Shown piece by piece: positions 1 through 12,525 of a DNA stretch of 64,000 bases. Source of the DNA: Marsupella aquatica (Eukaryota > Plantae > Marchantiophyta); contig OZ316896.1 of assembly GCA_973895155.1 (NCBI GenBank), forward strand, positions 16,533,752 through 16,597,751, in the 5' to 3' direction. Each line of letters begins with the position of its first letter. Position 1 is the first letter of the stretch. Below the pieces are notes generated by a model. It made no database searches and had not been told where the DNA came from. It was given only the letters and a program-made list of their open reading frames with translations. Made by a program: the position numbers and the translations under genes.

Positions 1-164
1 TCTAATGGGAAGAAAGGGAAATATATGTCCATGCTGGCTGATCATTTTACTACCTTGCAAATTTGTGCTTAAGAATGTACGGGGTGGCAATTTATAGCTG
101 TCGATGATGTCCACAATTTTTATTCATGCCACTTCTGCAATTTGAGTCTCAGTTTTGTACTGGA

Positions 165-3100
165 ATGGTAAGAACACCTAGAGGAAGCTCATCATCATCC
201 TCGCCTTACTTTGCTGTTCACATTTTCGCTTGGACGCAACTGCAGAGACCATCATCCAGTAACGAAACGAAATCGGACAATAAACGGAGGCGGATGGAGG
301 AACTGGACCCAGAAATTTTTCCAGAAAAGGAGGAAGTTCTTAAAGAGAGAACGAATACAGCCTCGACCATATCCGTTTCAAATAAACGGAAACGTGTCAT
401 AGAATCTGATTTTGAAGATGAGTCTGGTTCAGAAGATCATGTACCGCTATCTCAACGACAATTTCAGTTCTCGGTGAGATCACAAAGGGATGAAGTGGTC
501 GAGCATAGAGTGAGAAGGAACGAACCCGACACTTACAATGAGAGCAGGAAGCACGAGCAGGACAGTGGTGCCTCTGCTGGTCTTCGTCTATCCCCCGACT
601 TGAACAAAAATGATACTTCTTCAAGGTCTGTGTACACCAATGAGAGCAAGAAGCACGATCAGTACAGTGGTGGCTCTGCTGGTCTTCGTCATTCTCCCGC
701 CTTCAACAAAAATGATGCTTCTTCGAGGTCTGTTTACACCAACATCTGTAATCGGAGAAAAATATTAGAAAATAAGCTCAAATTTGGACAATCGTGCGGA
801 AGTAAGGAGATTCTGCAATCAATTGATGATCCAAGTCATTAGAGTTGGCATGAAATAAGGGTGGAGTGACATCTCACATCTCACATGATCGTTGTCTGTG
901 AAGGTGGGATGAGGGAGGGATTGACCAGGAAGGAGAGCAAGAATATCAGGACATTGCTGATGCTTATGGTGGCCAAAGTGACGGACTTGGTGAAATTGTC
1001 GATGATGACGATGAGGAACTTGGAGATTCAGCTTTCTGTGCCATATGCGATGATGGTGGTGATTTGCTTTTGTATGTTCGTTGTCCGCCTTTTTCTGTGC
1101 CTACATTTCAAAAGTTTGAAACTTTCTTGCATGATTGGATAGATCAGTTGGACAAGATCTCTTCTGTTGTCTTAGTGTTTGACAGCTGGCAGATTGCCAC
1201 TGAGTGTGCATTTATGTCACTTGCCCAAGTGGGGCTCCGTGGACTTAAGTTTCAATTGAATTCAATGTCATCAACCTTTCCATACGATGTTTTATTAACG
1301 TCTGATACACGAGTTGAAGTTACTCAATGTGTGAGAGTTTGACCTGGTCTGTGACAGGTGTGATGGTCCATGCATGCGTTCCTTCCATGCATCTGAAGAA
1401 AGTGCCGCGAGAAGTGAATCTCAGTGTAGATCGCTTGGATATGATCCAGATGAAGTCAGGGTCAGTGTCAGCAATTGAAAAATTAACCAGCCCATTTGTT
1501 GTTCCTTGCCATTACAGGCCATATTTCATGAAGTTTCGGTAGACTACCTTAGATGTGACCAACTCTGATAAGTTTTGGGACCTGAATGATAGGGCTATTT
1601 AAAATCAATGACTAAGCCTTCTAGTTATTCTGAAGATGTTTTATCCTCGGTTTCAGGAATTTGAATAATAGGTCCTTTTTCGTGAAAGTGGATCATGACA
1701 ATTGCTCTTCTAACAAGGTTGGTGGAAAACAGGGGATGGGAAGCTGGAAATGCGCGAACTGTGTCCATGGTCAACATCAATGCTTCATATGTGGTCAGCT
1801 GGGCAGAAGTGAGGGAGATGACAAAGAGGTCAGTAGGGACATCACTAATTGGCATGAGGATGGGTTCGGTGAAAGTTTTCTCAAGTGAAGCTCTAGCTAT
1901 GTAGAGTAGTTAACCTTTCCTCCAATGCTTGCGGGGTGAAAGCATTGCGGACAGTCCCCAGTACTGTATTAATGGGTGGGCTCACTTGCATAATCATTTA
2001 TCGGCTTGGAAAAACCATATGAAACAACATTATAGTAAATCAAACTTTACCCTTGTCAGTTGGCCTGAAGCAAGATTGCTACGCTTTAATTTCTCCCTCG
2101 TTTTACTGCATTCCAGGTTTATATTTGTGATGTTGCGCTTTGTGGGCGGTTCTATCACCCGGGGTGTCTTGCAAAGTGGAAGAAGGAGGAAACGTTCACT
2201 ACCATCACGGATGAGGACGCCTTCATTCAAGGTGTGAAGGCAGGGGTTGGAGAATTTTGCTGTCCAGCACATAAGTGTAGAAGGTGTGGAGAAGGTGAAC
2301 AGGAGGGAGGTGATGACAACTCCATGAAATTAGCAAAATGTCGACGGTGTCCAAAGGCTTATCATAAAAATTGTTTACCCAAGTGAGTAATTGTTAGTCT
2401 CTTTGATCTCTGTATTGAACTACCGTAAGAGCCAGGTGGCAGCACAACTGCACTCATGTCGCCTATCTAATCTTCCCCATTATGATTGAATTTTTTAACA
2501 GTCCAGGAAGACCAATATGCTGGGCAAGGGACATACAGAAAGCTAGAGCCAATAAAGGCAATTGTTTAGCGAGGGAGACACCGTCTTATTGGGATTTCAT
2601 TTCTGGTCAACCGAAAGAGATTGCCTGTCTAAGATAGATAAGGTTGTAACCAATACTGAACTTTAAAATTCACGGAACCTCGAAATTGTCGGCTAGGAAG
2701 TAATGAGCGGCGTGTCAGCTAAAAGGGAACCAACCATGTTCCAAGAACAGAAGGATGCAAGTGGAAGAATGTACAGCAAGTAATAATTATTATAACCGAA
2801 AGTTGTAGATTTTATTTCTTTCGTTTGTACTTCTATGAACGGCATTTCTAATACAGGCTTGACCATCATCAGCAAGAATCTTGCATAAACAGGGTGTCGG
2901 AGAAACCTTTACTAAAATAGAAGTTGCTATACCCAGACTGAATTCTAACAACAGTACTTCCCATGTTTTCGAGAATGAGTTTTCCGTCTGGTTTTGCTTG
3001 GATATATTTTATTTCTCATTGTTGAGTCTAGCGATAGCATCTCTGTTTTTGAAAGAGATATGCAGTATTATGTATGAGTTAGTTGGATCTCCCTACTCCA

Positions 3101-6100
3101 GTGTTCAACCCAATTAGCTTCTCCTACAAGATGCATCTAACCTACGTTAGGGGATACAAGTTTGAAACTACGATGGTTCGTGGATAATGGAGGCTTAAGT
3201 AGATGGACTGTTCTATCTTATGTATCTTTTGCAAATAGAAGATGCTTTTATAACCAGATTTTTATGTCCATCTTTTCAATTTTATGGTAGAAGACGTTGC
3301 CCTCTTAAGTGGACGAACATTGGTTGTTGACCAGTTCTTCCATTACTTTGGTGCTCTTTGTTTTACGACAGGTCAAGTCTTCTAGAGTCTGGTTTGTTGA
3401 AGTGACAACCTTAACAAATTGTAATGGCCAAGTAACTCTGAACTGCTCAGTACAACGGAATGGTCGACTGACAATTGGTTTGAATACGCGTATTACAGGT
3501 CGATATCCTTCGACAAGGAGCCAATTCGGGCGTGGGAAATTGGTGATGAGGATGATCCTATGAAGCTGCTATTGATATATTGCTTGTGAGTACAATCGTC
3601 AGTATCTGTTTGGTGTTCCTCTCCCATTTAAACTGACCTACTTATCTTTGAAGCACCGTATCGCTCAGACTTGATGGTCGTATGAGCCTTAGAAGCTGAA
3701 CACCTTGTCGTATTTACAGGACACATGAAATCGATCAAAAGTTGTCAACGCCAAAGCGAAACCATCTGAAGTGGCCTAAAGTTTCTTCATTGTCAGATAA
3801 GGTCAAATATAAAGACACTCAAAATGGAATAAGACACTTAACCCAGCCTACGCAGAAGCAGCAGAAGTTGCCTAAAGACACCACAACGAGGCAGATTCCA
3901 GTACATGAAGACGATGATGAAGTCATTCATGGAAATTATTTTAAGGGGTCGAAACTATCCTCGAGGCGTAAAGCGAAACCAGACACGGATGTAGATTTTT
4001 CCGCTACAGATTTTCTAAGAGATAGAAGTACATCGCTTATGCCGAAGAGAGATGCCCAGGTTTTGGCATCAACTCTTCCTCCTCCTAAGCATGTTAACTT
4101 ACCGAGGAAACATGATCTACAGACGAAGAGTCTCACCGTCAGTTCCGTCGCCAAGGGTTTCCGTACTTCGACCGTAGGCCGGGAAGACAGGTACGGTGTA
4201 TGGACGTATCGATGGCTAGACGCACCTTCTGCTTCATCCCTCTGCTGCAAATTTAATTGAACTAATTACTATGTCTCCTCTTCTGGTAGCTGTAACAAGT
4301 TCTGAAAGGTCTTCTCAGATTAGTTACTATCTTCATTCCAATCCAGCCAGAAATGCACTTTGCGTACAGGGTTATCAACAACGGTTAACAGTTGCAACTA
4401 CAGGGTACTGGAAATCATGCGGCGAGCGTCACAGAAGATTACACTGGAAACCGTTAAGGAGAACTTAGCGCAACCCAGTTGTTATGGAGAAAATAGAAAG
4501 AAGAATTTCTTGCATCTGGGAGAACTCCAATCAATGCTCAATGTAAGCAGAATTTTTCCCTTCCTTGTGTCCGAGATCCGGTCAAGGTGCTTGCACGTTC
4601 AACTGAAGAATACAACAAACTCTGAATTGTTACTCGTTGGAGATATATCCTGTGTATCCTGCGTTGCAAACATTGACCTTTTTGAGTTATTTTGAGTGAT
4701 GGGGAGGGCTCCTAACACATTGATATGGATATACCACCTACTAAGTCGATCATAGACAGTGTGCGCAATGTTGTGTAGTGGATTGAGAGATGGGTATTTA
4801 TCATTCCCCGAAGACGGTCGCGTGTGTGCGTCAATCAATATTTCAATGTTGGTTTTATATGTCACCTGGCAAGGCTGATGGTTTGCAAATGAGATTTCCT
4901 GTAGTAGAAGTTGCTGTTTTCCATCTGCTACTTTTGGGTTTCATTCCTCGTTAATTTTCACCTGTACAGGCAATAAAGAAAGCAGCGGAGAAAGTAAAGA
5001 ATGGTGGTAGCTGCGAAGATGCAAAACGCTTGTGTCCTAAAGATTACTTTTTGCGATTTCTGAAGAATGAGGTGAGTACTCAACACGTCTTGGTTATGGT
5101 ATCCCGATGCATAATTCTATTGACCTGCTTGGAGATAATGTTGAGAGTCATTGTAGACATCTCACCTAAAGTTCAACCCCCCTGCTCCCCCCCGAAGGCT
5201 ATGCCGTTCGAACAGATCCATGGATTTGAAACTGAACTCAAGTAAATCATCTATATTGAAATTGACAATTAAATGTGTCCTTTGCTACCTTCGATCAGGC
5301 TAAGTTGCTTTAGCAGACCTTCGTTTCTCTCATGTACGATATATCTCTTCGCTCTATGGCATCCTTCAAAGCTGGACGCAGATTCTGACAATGCTAAGTC
5401 CCTCATATCAGGGCAAAAAGACTAGCTGTTCTGAAACGCTGCCAGCAGACAGTAGTGGTGGAGTAGAAGTAATGCAGTGAAATGGTACCTAACCAACATT
5501 TTAGGACGTTCAAAAATCAGAAGTGATTTCTACCTCTGATGGACCGCGACACTTGAAGGATAATCGTATGATGAACCATATAACTTTGCATCCAACCTGT
5601 GCAGAAAGGCAAGGAAATTCAAATAGTTTTGAAGTTGTGATACTGTGAAAGCTATGGGACACTAATAAAGCAAACGATGATGGGCTCCCAGACGCAAATG
5701 CGTGAACTGGTCAAAGATGCGATCACTTCTACTTTTACAGATGTTTTTAATTAAGCATTCTGCTAGGAATTGCCACTGGAAAGGCAGATGAACACCATAC
5801 ATCCCATCTTCAACACTGGAGCACCCATCCAACTGCTTCACTACTATCCCGAGCGTGCTTATGACTAAGCTGTACAGTTCGGAACTGGAAGTTATTCCTG
5901 TAAGTGGGCACAGGTAAATAGCACTGGGCCACCAGGTGACAGGTTGTTTCAGGAAAGACTTCAGCCTTATGGGACGACCTGATGATGCGCATGGCCTTTG
6001 ACAGCATTCCCATGGAGACAGGCTATATTTTGCGGGCTTCCCACAATCCTATCTAACAAATTTGAAAGTATTGTACAAGAATGGCTCAGCACTTGTGAAA

Positions 6101-9100
6101 CGAAGTAACCAGTTCTCTGACCCAGCTTCTTCCATTACAGCGAAGAAATACGTCTTTCGTCGCTCTGTCTCTGAGGACTTCGGCATACGCACGAACCGGA
6201 ATTTCTGTCTTTAACGGTGGAGTGGAATTGTCCAACAGTACTCAAGCTTTGTTGTTCCTATCCTCGTGTACACTGACAACATGGCTTCTAAGTCCAAAGC
6301 TCACGTAGGGGTCCAAAAGCGCCTCGAGAAGGCATAGGAATTCTGCATCGTTCAAAGCATGACTGCCCGTTTTTGAAGACCAAAATTGTGAGCTTTGGAC
6401 TTCAGGCTTCACAATCCACAGGCTCTACCTCGGGTGCTCGGAACTTGTAGAGGAAGGAATAGGATTATAGCAGCTTTGTGGTTGCTTTTGTGAGAGTGCA
6501 ATTCAACTGAGAACAGCAAGTTCAGGGGTAATACTGGCATGAGATGCCACCCTCTCATGGGTCATACTACAAACAAATAGAGGTATGGCGTAACTCACTC
6601 GAAATGCCAATACTCCAGTGGATAGTTGCTGCTGAGACCCACCTTGGCTGTGCCCTAGCACTGCCCAGTGCTCTGTCAACTAGTGGGATTTCAGAACGTC
6701 TCCGGATTACACTGCCTCAAGAGCGGAACTACTTCAGTAAACATGATGACGCAGTATTAGTTTAGCAAGGTTACCATGAAGATCCATGTACCAAAACCGC
6801 GCTTCAAGTCTTGCAAGACATCGCAGATGACTGTGAAGACTGCTAAGAGGGACTCTGAGAGCCCTGGTAGCTTGTCAGTAGCCTAAGCAGAAGGTCGGTG
6901 CTTTGCAAGCAGAGGGGGCATGTCTATGGCCTATCTCTCCAGTGTTGTCCTGTCCATAGGCCTTACAGTGACATCTCGTCGGCAGAAACGGGAGGGACAG
7001 CAACGTTGAAGATTCATGGCAATAGCAAATTTAAAGACGATCTGGAGCCAGCTGCCGTGACCCTCTCTATAATGTACTCTCCTGCCCACCAAGCCTTGTG
7101 GAACGATTGGGCTCGAAACAGATAAATGGAAGCGTGTCCTTGGAGTTGAATGACACTGTATACGCTATTAGATGAAGATTGAGCTTTTAAATGTCTAAAG
7201 GCCCATAGGGAGGGTATGTGTCTGAAAGGGCCTCATGCAGCGCTTTGTAGGATTTGGAGATTACTGTCTGCAGGAAATGAACGAAAGAATTCAAAGCTCA
7301 CTGAAATCCAAATGACCGTCAGACGACATTTACTAATTAAAATTCATACCCCAAATGGGAGTAAGTACTTGAGAAAACTGGAGATCAGATTTAAGTCTTG
7401 ATCTCCACTCGATGGCTAATGAACTTACCAATGTCTTTTGGTCTCAGTGTGTCAGACATTAATCAACAGAGTCCTGCTCTGTAACTGATGACGTGACAGC
7501 AGGTTTCTTCATGTTGTAGCCTCTTTTTGACATTCAAACTGGTGCCCACTCCCTGACTTTTTAAGGAACTGTGTCGGTGAATTCAGGACATGCTGAAAGT
7601 GCATCTAGCACCCATATTGCACGGCATGCGATATACCTCGTTTGGGAGACATTTCACCTGCATTGATAAGCTGAAAGAGGTTTGAAAGGTCTTACCTTGG
7701 AACATGTTGTTACTTATCAGGAGAAGTAGTAAATATCAACTTCAAATGCTATCAAAAGTGAATGGTGTGCATGGGAGTTTGTTTTACTGTTATTGTTCTA
7801 ACTGGGAAAGGGATTTGGAGTTCGCATGCAAATCTTTGATATCAGCTAGCGTGGTTCTCCAGGGGATAGATTTGATGTGATTAGCTACTTTCCAGGTGTT
7901 CAATTATCAGATTTTATTGTTTCCCTTTCTTACAGATAGTAAATCGGATACATCCGTACATCGACAGTGGGGACATGGTAAGTTGCCGTGCAAGTTATCT
8001 TTCTTCTCGATTTTAAACTCTTGAGGTCGAGGTCGTTATTTTCTGCTTGCTCCAGATTCTTGACATCAGGCTGGGTCCAAGTACGCCTAATTAACAAGGT
8101 ATCTCACGTTTTGGATCCTTTTAAAGGAAGAATAGGGGTGGGAAGCGGGTAGGAAATTGGTTTGTTACTAATGAGTGCATAACTTTGGTAGGTGACAACT
8201 CATACTCAGATTTATATTACAATCCCTGTTCGCTTGTGATGCCGTAAATTATTGTGTGTAAGAGTGGTCAGCTACAAGGAGTAAACCACCCGTCTGTCTA
8301 TAATCTGGAAAGTGACAATCTTCTCTAATAGATTTGTTTTCTCTTGCCAAATCAGGTCGTGGACTTCTGTTGTGGAGCGAATGATTTCTCGATTCTACTA
8401 AATGAAAAGTTATTGAGCACAGGGAAAACTTGTCAGTTTAAGAATTTTGACATTCACCCACCTAAGGTAAGTCCTAAAGGCATGTTGCGCTTCTTTCCTG
8501 AAACTGTGCGCTCGGAGCCGTTGACAAGTTCCTTACGTAATGTGGGGGGATGGCAATACGATTTGTTTTGTTACCCAAGCTGCTGGAGCAGAAAGACTTT
8601 CCCGATGGCTAGAAACAAGGGAATATAAGATTGAGGAAAAGCAGACATATGTCTCATAGAACTTCAAGGAGGATCGTATTACATTTTAGGGTTCAGTTGT
8701 TCTAACACAAGATGTCTGAAGCTCCAGAGTCAGTTGGGGAAATGATACCACTGGGATACTGAATGAAGAAGTTGACTTAAAATTCCTAAGATTCGCTAGG
8801 AGTGAAAAGGACCGAAAGTAGTCTCCTGAATAGATGAAAAATAGCACCATGGTGAATTTTTCATTGCATACTGAAGACTGCTATGGTGCTCTCAAAAGGC
8901 GGAATGCTGTGGCATTTTAGAGTTGTTTAGGGACTTCATCCTCCGGCATATCCTAAGAATTGGCAAGAGAAGTCTGTTTGCCTGCTGTGGAAAAATGAGA
9001 TTGGTGTTTGCATTTGTGAAGTCATACTAATTTTCGGGAATAAATGAATCGCACTTAAATAAGTTATCAATGCAGGCCTTAGGATTGGCTTTCAGCTTTG

Positions 9101-11018
9101 GAAGGCTGGGTTTACAATTTTGCCAGAAGTTGGGTCATGAGATTGACCGATATTGGTCTTGGATAACGTCTTTGATATACAAACTAAATTTTTTCTGTGT
9201 TTGATATCAGAATGATTTCTGCTTCACAAAAGGTGACTGGCTATTAAATCAAGGTCATGGTTTCTTGGAGGGAAAGAAACTGGTAAGTACTGTAGATGAC
9301 CTTTTCTAATTATTCCTCAAAAGTTATCGTTATGTGGATCTCGCAGCATCTATGTAAAATCTTCATTGGATTGATGAAAGTCTCCTGCTCACCGCGTCCT
9401 AGACTTATTATGATGTGACATTAATGTGCAGATCATGGGGTTGAATCCTCCCTTCGGTGTTCGAGCGGCCCTCGCGAACAGATTTATTATTCATGCACTG
9501 AAATTCAAACCCAAACTCCTGGTTTTGATCGTCCCTCCTGAAACAATGAGGTTGTTACCTGGGCCTTGAACTTTCGTCCTTTTACTGTGACAGTCTCATA
9601 CGTTTGCAAATGTTCCTTTGCTCATAGGCATGTGTTGTTTGATTGTGAGCCAGCTATTCTGCGGATTATAACCCATTTGGATACGACCTGGTTTGGGAAG
9701 ATAAAGAACTCCTCAAAGGCCATGTGAGTTGTCTTTCCGTCTCTCCTAGTGCATGGGCAGATTTTGGCTCAATTGTTGTCAGTGTTGGTTCCTTATCGTG
9801 GAATTCTGGTTCTTATATATTCTGAGCTACTTTGTGTATCTCTTGCAGGCATTCTATTTACCTGGCTCAGTGGATGACAATGATGGGGAAAATAAGACCC
9901 AGTGGAATGTTGTTCCACCTCCTTTGTACCTGTGGAGTTCCAAGGACATGATACAAAAACACAGAGATGTTGCTGTGCGATACAAGCATGTTGAGAGTTT
10001 GACAGCCGATCCTTTAGTGTTACCTAATAGACGAACTCCAACACCAACTGCACCCACTAGAGAGGTTCTAACACTCACGATACCATCTGACAAATGGACA
10101 AACTCTGGGTCGACTCCTACCGAATGTGACACCAGCAGCTCTCGACTTCAGCACTCTGCAACTTCCTCCCTAGCCGATGGGCATTCTCAGAACTCCCTTG
10201 ATGGATCTGGACATTGTCTTTCAGCTGGAGGTCATCATGCAGCTGTCCAGGATTCACCTGTGGGCAGACAAACCTCAGGGGAACAACCCTCAGATCATAT
10301 AACACAACAACAAACAGCTTCCATGAGAACAGGATTTGGGCGTGGCACTGTGGGTCACACAGTAGGTCCTGGAGCTCTACATCCACAGAACAACCATGTC
10401 CCGGTTCTTCCGCATCCACATCTGATACAAAATTCATCACCTGCTGCCCTGTCGAGTCACTCAGGGCCTCCCTACAGCACGTTCCATAGAAAGGTCACGA
10501 AGGTGTCTGCCTCTGAGTTAATTTCCCAACATGGGAATCCCAATCTGACCCAGTCAGCCTCGGAGCTAATTGTCAAACACGGGGATGGCAAGGGGAACCA
10601 ATCAACTCCAAGAGGAAATCAAGCACAATGGGGACAAGTGGAACGTCCAAGTCAGTATCCTGATCTAGATAGCATGGATCGACAATATGCAGGTCCCCAA
10701 ATTTCTCATCGGCACCCATATGTGGAGCCACATCGTCCTCCAAACTTGCACGGAGTTCAACCACCATGGCCGGGCTTTTTCCCAGGGCCAAATCTACCTT
10801 TCAACCATGGATTCCAGCAACCATTACCGAATCAAATGTGGCCACCGCCTCAAATGCCTCTACATCCTTACCTTGTACCTGGCATTGCACCAGGGTTGAG
10901 ACAGTCATTTCCTCCCACACAAGATCCCCATTTCAGAGCACGGCCTGGTCCGATTGAGAGAAGATCTAGAGCTCAGCAACATGATTTATATAAGGAGTCT
11001 GGAGGTTGGTTGGAATAA
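165..11018 (+). CDS. EDM2: EDM2-like (ENHANCED DOWNY MILDEW 2) PHD-finger / N6-adenine-methyltransferase-like chromatin and RNA-processing protein; multi-exon, 5' end uncertain (may begin upstream of the window)
   Basis: Manually spliced GT-AG exons with consistent phases: (..167), 246-727 (or 625), 904-1071, 1358-1460, 1733-1828, 2117-2382, 3499-3585, 3720-4190, 4404-4542, 4970-5071, 7587-7679, 7936-7977, 8356-8466, 9211-9282, 9432-9550, 9654-9723, 9849-11018. The translation contains EDM2-diagnostic strings: CAICDDGGDLLLCDGPCMRSFH, CANCVHGQHQCFICGQLG, CGRFYHPGC, CPAHKC..C, CRRCPKAYHKNCLP, IRAW..LIYCLTHEID, LAPILHGMRYTSFGRHFT, VDFCCGANDFS, IMGLNPPFGV, YDLVWED, FYLPGSVD..QWNVVPPPLYLWS, then a Pro/Gln-rich tail. 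Confidence 0.93.
536..743 (+). repeat. 102-bp in-frame tandem duplication in an EDM2-like exon (34-aa unit)
   Basis: NESRKHEQDSGASAGLRLSPDLNKNDTSSRSVYT is followed by NESKKHDQYSGGSAGLRHSPAFNKNDASSRSVYTN; the DNA copies align at a 102-bp offset. Confidence 0.9.
5760..7125 (+). pseudogene. Decayed coding-like segment of unknown family inside the largest EDM2 intron (5072-7586)
   Basis: ORFs 6544-6765 and 6898-7125 share a frame and are joined by protein-like codons interrupted by TAG/TAA/TGA/TAG. The segment is less T-rich than the other introns. No family recognised; the 5' boundary is approximate. Confidence 0.4.
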
Positions 11019-12452
11019 TAAACATTGCCAAAGGGCATGCACGTCAATTCTTCATAACATATGTCGAAACCTATGCTGGTTTGGCTTTCTCTGATCAAAG
11101 GATTTTCGGTGAAGTGGAGGTGTTTGGAAAGTGTGTCGGAGTCTCATTCTTCCTGAGTAAGCCCATCCATGAGTAATTCATATCCTCTTTTCACTTGTGT
11201 TCATGGTTGGAAGAGAAATCATGTGCATGCTTGTGTTGTATGTTGTGTTGGGTGGTTTGTCACTCAATTGTCTTGTCATTGTTGTAATCCTTAGTTAGTA
11301 GCATCCCTTGTCACCTATTCATGCTTGTCCTCAGGTTAGAGAATACCTTTTGGTGGGCAGCCTTCATCTTCCCTATAACAAGAAATAAATCAAAATTTCT
11401 TCCTACTCATTTAATGCCATCTACTGGTCCCTTATGCTAGTGCGAACCCACAACCCTAACCTTAGTTCATGCTTCGCATTCTCGGCTGAATATTGTCTAG
11501 TCTCTATAGTTCCTAAGTAGGCAGAGTATGCCCCATATCCACATCCACCTAAAGCCAGTGAATTATAGCATTTGATTACTGACTGGTTAAACTTCCATAA
11601 AAAAATATTTTTCCCCCACCCGAACGTATGCAACCATTCCATTCAATTGCCCAATGGCCAGAAGGATGACCAACTTCCATATTTATAGACCTGGTATGTT
11701 TGCGCTGCCGAGCCATCACCATGATATTTGACGCAAGTATTCGGAATGGGTGTCCAGAGAATTGCTTGAAGTTGTCAACCTCCAAGAAATCATTGCAGCC
11801 CTAGAGGCTTGATGACAGCAGAAGGAGTTGCCTTAAGTGTGAAAGGCCTCTGGTGCCAATGGCTTTGGTTCAACTGATTCTTGAAAATACAATTGTAGTG
11901 CTGAGACAGGAATTTTTATTGTGAGCAGGTTGTTGGAAGGAGACATGGACAGTCAAACTGACCTCAACTCTCCACCCTTTGTATTTTTATTTTTTTTCGT
12001 TCCTAGTTGTTGGAAGGGAATGCTCTTCCCTAATTTTACTGCACCTGGGACATATCTTGCAATTGCGTACAGGAATGCAAATATCATACTCTCTAAACTA
12101 AAACTTGGAAGTGGAAGTACTTGTAGGCCTATTGTCTTGAACTAGCCAAGATACCTCTGCAGCCTTCTCCACCCCAAAGGTAAATAATAATTCTAAAAGT
12201 ATAAAAGTCAAGATGCCTATGTGGAACTTGTAGTAAAGTGCTAGAGTGCGTTTGTGTCTTTCGTGGTAATTCAAAATATGAACTCTTCTAGTTGTAATTC
12301 TCAACTCTGAGGTTTATTGCTCCTGAGATGTCACGATCAGTTGGCAAATTTCAGTTTTATCATCGAGTAAAAATCTAATGAAAAATCCACAAAGATAGTC
12401 GGGAGTCTACTCCAGATGGCCTAAAAGCTGAAAAGGGGGGGGGGGGGGGGGG

Positions 12453-12525
12453 TTTAGGTCAGCTGGCCCCAATAAAGCCCCAATAAAGCTGACAAAAAGC
12501 TTTATTGGGGCTAGCTGACCTAAAA
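12453..12525. repeat. Inverted repeat / hairpin next to a long G run, probably a MITE end or foldback remnant
   Basis: tttaggtcagctggccccaataaagc ... gctttattggggctagctgacctaaa, with an internal duplication of ccccaataaagc; G run at ~12434-12452. Confidence 0.65.

Noticed and set aside
126-842. 238-aa ORF as a standalone gene
   Set aside because: It is EDM2 exon sequence read through flanking introns (78-bp intron at 168-245; donor at 625 or 727).
9753-9848. Hydrophobic N-terminus of the 421-aa ORF as a signal or TM segment
   Set aside because: It is translated intron; the true exon starts at the acceptor at 9849.
11576-11890. Possible transposase fragment downstream of EDM2
   Set aside because: No diagnostic motif found in the frames examined.
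12434-12452. Long G/C homopolymers (also ~17357-17373 and ~24987-24997) as functional G-quadruplexes
   Set aside because: They lie inside repeat-derived sequence and homopolymer lengths are unreliable; no supporting context.
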